A stretch of 32,000 nt of DNA, from contig OY969938.1 of assembly GCA_963704755.1 (NCBI GenBank), forward strand, positions 1,380,001 through 1,412,000. Direction: 5' to 3'. Every line of letters starts with the position of its first letter. Position 1 is the first letter of the stretch. This stretch comes from an uncultured Chloroflexia bacterium. Its GTDB lineage: Bacteria > Chloroflexota > Anaerolineae > Anaerolineales > Anaerolineaceae. The notes beneath the pieces are model-generated. The model had not been told where the DNA came from. It searched no databases and was given only the letters and a program-made list of their open reading frames with translations. The position numbers and the translations under genes are program-made. This document shows, piece by piece, positions 17,325 through 25,361 of the stretch.

Positions 17325-17329
17325 CCTAA

Positions 17330-17436
17330 AAGCTAATGGCTAACAGCTAACCGCTAACGGCTAACCGCTAATCGCCAACAGCTAATCGCCAACAGCTAAT
17401 CGCCAACAGCTAATCGCCAACAGCTAACAGCTACCC
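17330..17436. repeat. Heptamer/14-mer tandem repeat arm (GCTAACAGCTAAC..., then 4 copies of CTAATCGCCAACAG).
   Basis: Direct reading. The first 26 nt (ctaaaagctaatggctaacagctaac) recur at 20966-20993. Confidence 0.8.
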
Positions 17437-17437
17437 G

Positions 17438-18817
17438 CTAATTGCTCGTTCCCGGATTCTCCATCCGGCCCATGAACAAAACCGACCCGCTGGTGTTATC
17501 CAGGATCATGAAGATGAACGGGTGATCCAGCGTGACGGTCACCTCATTCGCCATCATCGAGGTCAGACCGGCCACCACGCCGGTCGCAGCAGCCGCTTCG
17601 GTGCCGTCTTCGTCCACATTGACATAGGCCTTGTGAACGACATTGTTGATGTACAGGTCCTGGCGGCCATCCATCTTCGAAAAATCGGCCGCGGATGGGT
17701 CGAAAGCATCCGTCATTCCCAGCGCTTTGAGCGTGTCGCTCAAGCCGAAGGATGATTCGATCTTGAAGCTGGGCATGCTCAAGGTGACTTCCGCCGGTTG
17801 CAGGCCATCCCGGATCTTCTGGATCTGGTCGGCCGTGAGCGACTGCTCGAACGAACCCAGACTGCCTGCATCCGGCATAACTGCGATCATGGCGTAATTC
17901 CCGCCGGCATAGGGCATTTCGACCGCCTGGTAGCCATCGCTCTTCAGGTAAGTGAGCGAATCGCGGACGTGCATGGTCGGCGTTTGGATGGTCGAGCCGC
18001 CGGCTAGGGTGAAATCGGCCGGGGCTGTCTGGCTCTTATCGAACGGGTACTGCCAGGCTGCCTTGAAATAGATCGCGTTGGCCAGCACCAGGCGGGTCAT
18101 CGGGTCGATTGCCCCTTGCGGAATAAGGTCCTGGATTTTGTTGGCGGTCTGGTCGGCCACCCACTGGTTGATCTGCTGGCGGACTGTCTCAGAATCCTGG
18201 AAGTCCACCGGGTAGATCCCGCTGCCATAATATTGCGCCAGGGTATCCAGAAAGGCCGGCAGGAAATCGAAATCATGCTGAGCCCAGATCGAATTGGCGA
18301 TATCCAGCTTGAAGCCACCCTTTGTCGAGCTATTCTGGCCGCCCTCCAGGGACTGGTCCAGGGCATTGAAGGCCGGGTTCAGCCGGCCGGCAGGCCGGCT
18401 GAAGTGCAGCGTGTCCGCCATCTGGGTGGCGGTATCGTTATTGGCGCCGCTGGCGGTCATCGCCAGGGCCAGTGAAATACTGTAAGGTGAAAAGAACAGG
18501 TTGCCATCCTGGCCGCGCAACTGCTGGTAAAGCGCCGTCGCAAAGGCGGTGTTATCGCTGACCAGTTGCTGAATGTCGTCCTGCGAGACGGTTGCATCAG
18601 TTATGCGGGGCTGGTTCGAGACCAGTTCGACCCCGGGTTGGGCAGGTGTTTTCACGGTATCCTCCCCGGTCTGGGTGGGAGCTGGCGTTATGGGGACGGC
18701 CGGGCCGACGGGAGTCACCGTTTGCGCCGGTGAAGCGGTTGCAGCCGGGCTGCAGGCGGTCAGCCCCAGAAGGAACACCAGGCCAAAAAGAAATATATTA
18801 CGGATATTGGCTTTCAA
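17438..18817 (-). CDS. Serpin-family protease inhibitor, lipoprotein form (459 aa).
   Basis: Signal peptide plus lipobox FLLGLTAC, then a Pro/Thr linker. The serpin body includes NLFFSPYSISLALAM, NAIYFKAAW and the C-terminal signature DHPFIFMILDNTSGSVLFMGRMENP. Confidence 0.85.
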   Translation of the reverse strand: MKANIRNIFLFGLVFLLGLTACSPAATASPAQTVTPVGPAVPITPAPTQTGEDTVKTPAQPGVELVSNQPRITDATVSQDDIQQLVSDNTAFATALYQQLRGQDGNLFFSPYSISLALAMTASGANNDTATQMADTLHFSRPAGRLNPAFNALDQSLEGGQNSSTKGGFKLDIANSIWAQHDFDFLPAFLDTLAQYYGSGIYPVDFQDSETVRQQINQWVADQTANKIQDLIPQGAIDPMTRLVLANAIYFKAAWQYPFDKSQTAPADFTLAGGSTIQTPTMHVRDSLTYLKSDGYQAVEMPYAGGNYAMIAVMPDAGSLGSFEQSLTADQIQKIRDGLQPAEVTLSMPSFKIESSFGLSDTLKALGMTDAFDPSAADFSKMDGRQDLYINNVVHKAYVNVDEDGTEAAAATGVVAGLTSMMANEVTVTLDHPFIFMILDNTSGSVLFMGRMENPGTSN

Positions 18818-18952
18818 ATCGCACTCCTTTCACTGAGCAGTCCTCTCTGATTATAGCAAGCCGGTCAATTTCTACCCCATAGACGCCAAAAATCCCCGGC
18901 AGGTTCCTCTATTGATTTACCTTTGGTTACAACTCAGGCTAGTTCTGAAATT

Positions 18953-19009
18953 AGGGGTGTTTTATTATTTTTCGCATGCTTCGCATGCGAAAAATAATAA
19001 AACACCCCT
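18953..19009. repeat. Perfect 27-bp-stem hairpin, family 2 (AGGGGTGTTTTATT...CGCATGC type).
   Basis: aggggtgttttattatttttcgcatgc (18953-18979), loop ttc, then the exact reverse complement at 18983-19009. Confidence 0.85.
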
Positions 19010-19298
19010 CTCTTTTCCGGTAGCTGGCCGTTCCGGCCAAAGCATTCTCGGGTTGGAAACCCGAGCTGCGCTGCTTAAACGGCAGCTAAAGCTGCACCTA
19101 CAAAAACACAAAGCCCCACCTTCGTAGGGCTCCTTCTTGGCAAGGTGCGATCCTATAGCCAGAGTTATGCCCGTCCGGTGTTTTCTCAGGTTGGGAACCC
19201 GAGTTACCCATCAAGAGAACCTGGCGAAGGCCAGGTTTTGTGTTTTTGTTGCCGCGACCTCGGTCGCCACCGGGCGCCGGGCTCACCAAAACCTCGAT

Positions 19299-20558
19299 TT
19301 ACCCCCGGCGATCTACCCGTGCAGCCAGCGATGCCAACACCTTATCGCCTGCCAGCCCATCACCCAACCGCAGCGTTTTCATCCCCGAATAACCCAGAAA
19401 TTCCGCCAGGCTAACCCACAAAGCTGCCAGCATAGCCTCATCGGGGCTAACGCCGGCCTCCCACCACCAGTTTTGCAGCACCAGGGTCGCGGTCTTGCGC
19501 TCCAGGACGAACTCACAGCGGGCGATTATCCGGTCACCGTACAACACCGGCAGGACGTAAAAACCATACTGGCGCAGCGCGACCGGCTTATAGACCTCCC
19601 AGGTGTACTCAAAGCCGAACACCCACTTCAGCACGTCGCGCTGCCAGATCAGGTTATCCAGCGGCGCGAGGAAGGCGGCCTGCGGTTCGCCCCGATCGGT
19701 CGCAATTTCGTCGAACCGGCTGTAGAAATCCGCCGGGACAAAAAAGCTCTTCCCCGGCGCGCTTTCTACAGCTACCGGCTTTATGCGGCCCTGTTCGCAC
19801 AATCGCAGCAAGGATTGGCGCTTCTGGACACCCTTCAAGCCCAAAATACCCAGCCAGGTATCGGTAATGTTTGGGAAAGCCAGCCCAATACTGCTGACCC
19901 GCCGCTGTACGTGCCAATCCAGGTAATCCTCGTCAGTCTTGAAGGGGTCCGCCGTGTTGACCACCTCAGCCGGGAGCAGTCGCTCGGTCAGGTCAAAATA
20001 ACGCCGCGTGCCGGTACGGTGGTGGATGCCGATTTCGCCCATATTGTACAGGTTTTCCAGCGCCGCCCGGCTGATCCGCATGGGCATGCCCCAGAAACCC
20101 TTCACGACCTTATCGTGTTCCAGGTCGATCGAGGAAAGCGGGCCATGCTGGCGGATCTCGTTCAGCACGACCGTGTGCGCCTCGACCGCTTCGGGATGCT
20201 TATGCCAGTAATTTTCGTGCAGGGTAGCTCGCCGGCGGGCGAAAAAAGGAAAATCCGCGGAACAATAAATGGATTGGAGCTTATCCCAGCCGTCCCACAA
20301 GGCCCGGTCCTGGTACAGCAGCTCGTCCAGGACCTGCGGCCGGTAACCGGCTACGCGCGATTGCAGCACCAGGTGCGGGTTGACCCCCACCACGTTGATC
20401 GGGTCATATTGGATGCAGCCGAGCCGCCGGATGTAATCCAGAATGTCCTGTTTACTCTTCAGGCTGCGCGGCGGCCATAGAGCATGGTGCGCCAGGAACA
20501 ATCGCCGCGCTTCGATGGCGGATAAGGTGATTTCGGGGGATGGGAAAGCAGAGGCCAT
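19299..20558 (-). CDS. Winged-helix DNA-binding protein of the AlkZ/YcaQ (DUF1006) family. Putative interstrand-crosslink DNA glycosylase.
   Basis: The N-terminal block LSAIEARRLFLAHHAL...ILDYIRRLGCIQYDPINVVGVNPHLVLQSRVAGY and the later FGFEYTWEVYKP..R.YG.YVLPVL look like this family from memory. Size is 419 aa. Confidence 0.6.
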   Translation of the reverse strand: MASAFPSPEITLSAIEARRLFLAHHALWPPRSLKSKQDILDYIRRLGCIQYDPINVVGVNPHLVLQSRVAGYRPQVLDELLYQDRALWDGWDKLQSIYCSADFPFFARRRATLHENYWHKHPEAVEAHTVVLNEIRQHGPLSSIDLEHDKVVKGFWGMPMRISRAALENLYNMGEIGIHHRTGTRRYFDLTERLLPAEVVNTADPFKTDEDYLDWHVQRRVSSIGLAFPNITDTWLGILGLKGVQKRQSLLRLCEQGRIKPVAVESAPGKSFFVPADFYSRFDEIATDRGEPQAAFLAPLDNLIWQRDVLKWVFGFEYTWEVYKPVALRQYGFYVLPVLYGDRIIARCEFVLERKTATLVLQNWWWEAGVSPDEAMLAALWVSLAEFLGYSGMKTLRLGDGLAGDKVLASLAARVDRRG

Positions 20559-20618
20559 GAATAATCCTGAATTCGCAATCTACAACAACCCCATTATTAT
20601 AGCACACAATTTCTATTA

Positions 20619-21003
20619 GGAAGGGACCAGGCAACGAGGCGACAAGGCAACGAGGTGCAGGTGTAGGGTGGGTGCAGGGCTCGAATATTACCCGAGCGGA
20701 TTATCCATCTGCATGACATACCAAACCTTGCCCGTAACCCACCGTTTTACATTCTACAGGTAAAGGGACCAGGCAACTAGGCGACAAGGCAAAGAGGTGT
20801 AGAGTGGGTGCAGGGCTCAAAAATTACCCGAGCGGATTACCGATCGGCATAACATACCAAGCTTGCCCGTAACCCACCGTCTGGTTGTAAAATGGTGGGT
20901 TACGGGCAAGCTTGATACGTCAGAAAACTTAATATTTGCCAATTTTCTCAATGAGCCCTGCACCCACCCTTGCTAAAAGCTAATGGCTAACAGCTAACAG
21001 CCA
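20619..21003. repeat. Composite intergenic repeat: two direct repeats of about 140 bp, a 21-bp-stem hairpin, a distal 17-bp inverted repeat, and word-repeat arms shared with the 15.7-kb and 17.3-kb elements.
   Basis: gggaccaggcaacgaggcgacaaggcaacgagg...cttgcccgtaacccaccg (20619-20761) is repeated from 20764. The hairpin is aagcttgcccgtaacccaccg/cggtgggttacgggcaagctt type. gggtgggtgcagggctc pairs with gagccctgcacccaccc. Confidence 0.75.
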
Positions 21004-21023
21004 ATGTCCTCGTCTTCTTCCCC

Positions 21024-22325
21024 CTACACAGGCGCCCTGTTCCCCCGCTTGCCAATCAGCACCAGGCCTACTACCAGGCGCAAGGCCGCCGCGGCCAGCA
21101 AGGTCGCCACCATGCCGATCCAGCCCGCGATCAAGGGCGCCACCAGCCCGCAAAAGAGCAGCGCCGCGTTGATCGCCAGGTTATACCAGGCCAGGTGTGA
21201 GGCGCGGTCGTCCACCGGCACACTTTCGAGCACATAATTGATCAGCCCGGTATTGACCAGCGCCCATCCGGCCCCGCCGATAAGTTGCTGTAACAGGTAG
21301 ATCCAATTATGGAAGGAAAAGGTGAACATCACCAGGGTCCCGGTCACCACGATCATCCCGTAACCGGTCATGCGCTTGAAACCCCAGCGGCTCGAATACT
21401 GCCGGGTTTGCAGTGAGGCAAAAAAATAGGTCAGCCAGTATAAAGCTGCGCCCTGGCTGATCGTCAGATCGGCCAGTTTCAACTGCTGCACCTGGTAAAC
21501 CGGGGCGAGCGGGTTGATCAGCCCCACGCCTACCTGGTAAAAGAAGACCATCAACAGCACTGTGCTGAACGGGCCTAAACAAACATCCAGGCGCAGGGAT
21601 TGCAGGAAAGCCGCTTTCAACGAGTTCCTGGCTGCGGTGTTAATGTCCTTACGGACCTGCGAGGTGATCGGGTCGGGACCCTGGATCGGCAGGGGTGACT
21701 CGGGCAAATGCACCCGCCACAGGTGAAATGCGCTCATGGCTGCGCCGACGAAACCGATGGCAAACACCACCTGGTAGCCGCTATAAAAAGGCATCTTTTC
21801 CAGAATCAGCCCTACCGCCAGCGAGGTGATCATGGTCGTAACGGCCAGCAAGGCGTTGCGCGTGCCGACCACCTGCCCGCGCCAGCCGATCGGCACCGCC
21901 TCGGCGAAGAAGGCGTTGAAAACGATCGCGTTCATCGTGCCGGGGATATTCATGACCAGGGCAATGACCAGGATGATCCAGACCTGGGTCGGATTTGGAA
22001 AAAGCACCGGCAAGGGGATCAACAGCAGATAAAAGAAGCGGTTGGCGATTGCCGAGATCAGGTTCGCCCTGGCCGTTGGCACCCGCCTGAGCATGGAGCC
22101 AAACGGGAAAGTAAACACCAGGTTGATCATGGCCGGGGAGGCAGTCAATAAGCCGATCTGAAAGGTCGAAGCGCCGATCCGCGAAGCGTAAATGGATAAA
22201 AAGACCAGAACGCTCCCGTTGATTAACCCCCACCAGATCACGTCGAAATATAAGTGTGTAAAGTTTCGGCGATATTCCAGGGGAACAGCCGGGCTTGTTC
22301 GGAAAATACGTGGTAATCGAATCAT
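21024..22325 (-). CDS. MFS transporter (433 aa, about 12 TM helices).
   Basis: The protein is uniformly hydrophobic with regularly spaced helices and a GxLxDR-like loop (FGSMLRRVP). The other ORFs across this span are alternative-frame shadows. Confidence 0.75.
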   Translation of the reverse strand: MIRLPRIFRTSPAVPLEYRRNFTHLYFDVIWWGLINGSVLVFLSIYASRIGASTFQIGLLTASPAMINLVFTFPFGSMLRRVPTARANLISAIANRFFYLLLIPLPVLFPNPTQVWIILVIALVMNIPGTMNAIVFNAFFAEAVPIGWRGQVVGTRNALLAVTTMITSLAVGLILEKMPFYSGYQVVFAIGFVGAAMSAFHLWRVHLPESPLPIQGPDPITSQVRKDINTAARNSLKAAFLQSLRLDVCLGPFSTVLLMVFFYQVGVGLINPLAPVYQVQQLKLADLTISQGAALYWLTYFFASLQTRQYSSRWGFKRMTGYGMIVVTGTLVMFTFSFHNWIYLLQQLIGGAGWALVNTGLINYVLESVPVDDRASHLAWYNLAINAALLFCGLVAPLIAGWIGMVATLLAAAALRLVVGLVLIGKRGNRAPV

Positions 22326-22411
22326 GTAAGTGTCTATTATACAAGCCAGTCGTTCTCAGGGTAAGGCATAGCACATTTCACAACCCGCCAAAAATTCTTT
22401 CGTAAATTTTC

Positions 22412-22439
22412 TTGACAGCCCCCTTATTTCCGCTATGAT
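22412..22439 (+). promoter_or_regulatory. Near-consensus sigma-70-type promoter about 235 nt upstream of the GH3 gene.
   Basis: TTGACA (22412-22417), a 16-nt spacer, then TATGAT (22434-22439). Confidence 0.45.
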
Positions 22440-22579
22440 GGTACCAGTCAGGGAAAAATCATCCTTTTGTATTTATCAAAAGTAACTGCTCAGGCAAGTG
22501 CGCAAGGCGAAGACCTCTGCTGTAGCCAAGTAGTTACGATCAAAATACTAAGGGATTCCTGGCCGTTAAACTAAGCCGT

Positions 22580-22626
22580 TTGGATTTTATATTTTGGCGG
22601 CGTTGCCGCCAAAATATAAAATCCAA
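22580..22626. repeat. Perfect 22-bp-stem hairpin (AT-rich base, GC tip, 3-nt loop) in the GH3 5' leader.
   Basis: ttggattttatattttggcggc, loop gtt, gccgccaaaatataaaatccaa. Confidence 0.85.
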
Positions 22627-22675
22627 AACACGTTTTCCATTTCTTGCAAATTCTTACCTGGGAGGAAAAGGCATC

Positions 22676-25156
22676 ATGGATGTTGGACGCCAATTCAATT
22701 CTGTGGACACCTATATCGATCAACTGCTCGACCAGCTCAACCTGCTGGAAAAATGCGCCCTGCTATCCGGCCTGGACTCGTGGCGGACCGTGCCAATTCC
22801 GCACCTGGGGATCGAATCGCTGGTCATGACCGACGGGCCGCATGGGGTACGGGCCACCCGCGATAACGGGCGCATCTTCGAGCCGGCCACCTCCTTCCCT
22901 ACCGGTATTTCCATGGCGGCCAGTTGGGACCCTGACCTGATCTACCAGGTGGCCCAGGCGCTGGGCGAAGAAACCCGTGCACTGGGCTGCGACATCCTGC
23001 TTGGGCCGTGCGTCAACATCGTCCGGCACCCCCTGGCCGGCCGTAATTTCGAATCCTACTCCGAGGACCCCTACCTGGCCGGGCGGATCGGGGTGGCCTA
23101 CGTTAACGGAGTGCAAAGTACCGGCGTCAGTACCTCGTTAAAACATTTTGCCCTCAACAGCCAGGAAACCGAACGCATGCGCGGATCCTCCGAAATCGAC
23201 GAGCGCAGCATGCGCGAGATTTACCTGGCCCAGTTCGAGACCATCGTCAAAGAGGCCCAGCCCTGGACGGTGATGTGCTCCTACAACCGGGTCAATGGCA
23301 CGTACGCCAGCCAGAACCATGACCTGTTGACCAAAATCCTGCGCGAAGAATGGGGCTTCCAGGGTGCAGTGATGTCCGATTGGGGCGCCGTCCACACCAC
23401 GGTCGCGGCAGTCCAGGCCGGCCTGGACCTGGAAATGCCCGGCCCGGCCAAATGGTTTGGCCAGCTTCTGGTCGAAGCTGTGCTCACTTACCAGCTCGAG
23501 CCGGCCGTCATCGACCGGGCGGTGACTCGCGCCTTGCACCTGCTGCAGCAGGTGGGCAAACTGAACGGCAATTCGGCCCCGGCCGGCAAGGTCAACACGG
23601 CTGAGCACCAGCTTTTGGCCCGCAAACTGGCCGGTAAGTCGATCACCTTGCTGAAGAACGAGAACAACACCTTGCCGCTCGATCCAGGCAAGATCAAAAA
23701 ACTGGCCGTGATTGGCCCCATGGCCACCGTCGGCTCGATCGGCGGGGGCGGCAGTTCCTTCGTGCGCCCGCCCTACACCATCAGTCCTCTGCAAGGGCTG
23801 CAAGAAAAACTGGCCGGCAAAGTCGAGATCGTTTATGAGCCCGGCTGTGACAATGCCCTGGTTCTGCCGGTACTGCCATCCGCAATGCTGCGGCCCTCGC
23901 AGGGCAGCGGCAGCGGCCTTTATGGCCAATATTTCGCCAGCCAGGATCTGAGCGGTGCGCCGGCGCTCGAACGGGTCGATCCGCGGGTCGATTTCGAATT
24001 CCTATCCTTCGCCCCGCTCAAGACCACCCCACGGCCGTTTTCGGCTTGCTGGACCGGTACCTTGACACCCGAGTGGAGCGGGAAGCACTCCTTTGCCCTG
24101 GAAAATACCGGTTCCGCCCGCCTTTTACTCAACGGCAAGCAGATTCTCGAAAACTCCAACACCAGCTTTACCCATCTCGACCCGGTGCCTTCCGAAATCG
24201 TCACCGTAGAGATGGAAGCCGGGCAAAGCTATGACCTGCGGGTCGAGTATGTGGCCTTCGAATGGCTGCCCTTTGCCCATCTGCGGGTACGTTTTGCCTA
24301 CACCCCTTCCCCTGCGGAAGACCCGCGCCTGGACCGGGCTGTGGCGCTGGCGGCTAACGCCGATGCCGTGCTGGTCTTCGCCGGCTGGCCGGAAGGCCAC
24401 GAAAGCGAAGGCCACGACCGGGCCGACATCAACCTGACCGGCCGCCAGGATGAGCTGATCCGCCTGGTAGCTGCGGCCAACCCCAACTGCGTTGTGGTGC
24501 TCAACTGCGGCTCGCCGGTGGCCATGCCCTGGGTTGACCAGGTCGCTGCCATCGTAGAAGCCTTTTATCCCGGGCAGGAAGGCGGCCGGGCCGTCGCCGA
24601 AATTCTGCTGGGCGAGACTAACCCCTCCGGCAAGCTGCCGGTCACCTTCCCGCGCAAGCTGCAAGATACCCCGGCTTACAACAATTTCCCCGGCGATCGC
24701 AAAGTGATTTACGGCGAAGGACTGTTCGTCGGCTATCGCCATTACGACCTGCGCGAAATCGAGCCGCTTTTCCCCTTCGGCCACGGACTTTCCTATACGC
24801 AGTTCGAATACAGGGGGTTATCGCTGCCGCAGTCTGCCTGCATGGGTGAGATCGTGACTGTCCAGATCGAGATCGAGAATACGGGCAGCCAGGCCGGTAA
24901 AGAAACCGTCCAGCTCTACGTCGGTGACCTCGAATCGAGCCTGATTCGCCCGCCGGCCGAATTAAAAGCCTTCAAGAAAGTCGAACTCCAGCCCGGCGAA
25001 AGCCAGACAATCCGTTTCGACCTGAACGAGCGCTCCTTTGCCTATTATCACCCCGAGCAGCACGATTGGGTGGTGGAACCCGGCTTGTTCGAGATCTGCC
25101 TGGGCAGCTCATCGCGGGATATCCGCCTGAGTGGGGTTATCGAGATTACAGAATAA
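22676..25156 (+). CDS. Glycoside hydrolase family 3 beta-glucosidase with an inserted PA14 domain (826 aa from this start).
   Basis: Motifs seen: LLSGLDSW, VMTDGPHGVR, LGPCVNIVRHPLAGRNFESYSEDP, KHFALNSQE and VMSDWGA (nucleophile Asp region). A PA14-like block (GLYGQYFASQDLSG...) and a C-terminal Fn3-like domain follow. GGGAGGAAAAGG lies upstream of the ATG at 22676. The track start at 22580 (TTG) lies inside a hairpin repeat. Confidence 0.9.
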   Translation: MDVGRQFNSVDTYIDQLLDQLNLLEKCALLSGLDSWRTVPIPHLGIESLVMTDGPHGVRATRDNGRIFEPATSFPTGISMAASWDPDLIYQVAQALGEETRALGCDILLGPCVNIVRHPLAGRNFESYSEDPYLAGRIGVAYVNGVQSTGVSTSLKHFALNSQETERMRGSSEIDERSMREIYLAQFETIVKEAQPWTVMCSYNRVNGTYASQNHDLLTKILREEWGFQGAVMSDWGAVHTTVAAVQAGLDLEMPGPAKWFGQLLVEAVLTYQLEPAVIDRAVTRALHLLQQVGKLNGNSAPAGKVNTAEHQLLARKLAGKSITLLKNENNTLPLDPGKIKKLAVIGPMATVGSIGGGGSSFVRPPYTISPLQGLQEKLAGKVEIVYEPGCDNALVLPVLPSAMLRPSQGSGSGLYGQYFASQDLSGAPALERVDPRVDFEFLSFAPLKTTPRPFSACWTGTLTPEWSGKHSFALENTGSARLLLNGKQILENSNTSFTHLDPVPSEIVTVEMEAGQSYDLRVEYVAFEWLPFAHLRVRFAYTPSPAEDPRLDRAVALAANADAVLVFAGWPEGHESEGHDRADINLTGRQDELIRLVAAANPNCVVVLNCGSPVAMPWVDQVAAIVEAFYPGQEGGRAVAEILLGETNPSGKLPVTFPRKLQDTPAYNNFPGDRKVIYGEGLFVGYRHYDLREIEPLFPFGHGLSYTQFEYRGLSLPQSACMGEIVTVQIEIENTGSQAGKETVQLYVGDLESSLIRPPAELKAFKKVELQPGESQTIRFDLNERSFAYYHPEQHDWVVEPGLFEICLGSSSRDIRLSGVIEITE

Positions 25157-25186
25157 ATTGTAACCACCCAGGTTTATCTACAAATC

Positions 25187-25241
25187 CCCGAATTTGATAT
25201 GTTTGCGGTGGCAAAGCCACCGCAAACATATCAAATTCGGG
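25187..25241. repeat. Perfect 26-bp-stem hairpin, family 1, downstream of GH3.
   Basis: cccgaatttgatatgtttgcggtggc, loop aaa, gccaccgcaaacatatcaaattcggg. Confidence 0.85.
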
Positions 25242-25271
25242 TTTCTCACCGGATGTAGTTAAATTACGGGG

Positions 25272-25329
25272 AGGTCGTTTTTATTATTTTTTGCATGCGA
25301 AGCGTGCAAAAAATAATAAAAACGACCTG
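25272..25329. repeat. 27-bp-stem hairpin, family 2 variant (one G-T pair).
   Basis: aggtcgtttttattattttttgcatgc, loop gaa, gcgtgcaaaaaataataaaaacgacct. It is followed by ggctgagtagttac. Confidence 0.85.
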
Positions 25330-25361
25330 TTCTTCTGCGATGGCTGAGTAGTTACATTTAA

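Noticed and set aside
19137-20480. 447-aa ORF on the plus strand.
   Set aside because: It is the antisense shadow of the AlkZ/YcaQ-like gene in GC-rich DNA. The product is R/P/Q/A-rich with no recognisable motifs, whereas the minus-strand product has family-typical blocks.
21708-22374. ORFs 21708..22151 (+) and 21781..22374 (-) overlapping the MFS transporter gene.
   Set aside because: They are alternative-frame or antisense shadows. They have charged, low-complexity composition, whereas the 21024..22325 frame gives a regular 12-helix hydrophobic profile.
22580-22675. Upstream TTG start for the GH3 gene.
   Set aside because: The TTG lies inside a perfect 22-bp hairpin repeat. The conserved protein begins at the ATG at 22676, preceded by GGGAGGAAAAGG.
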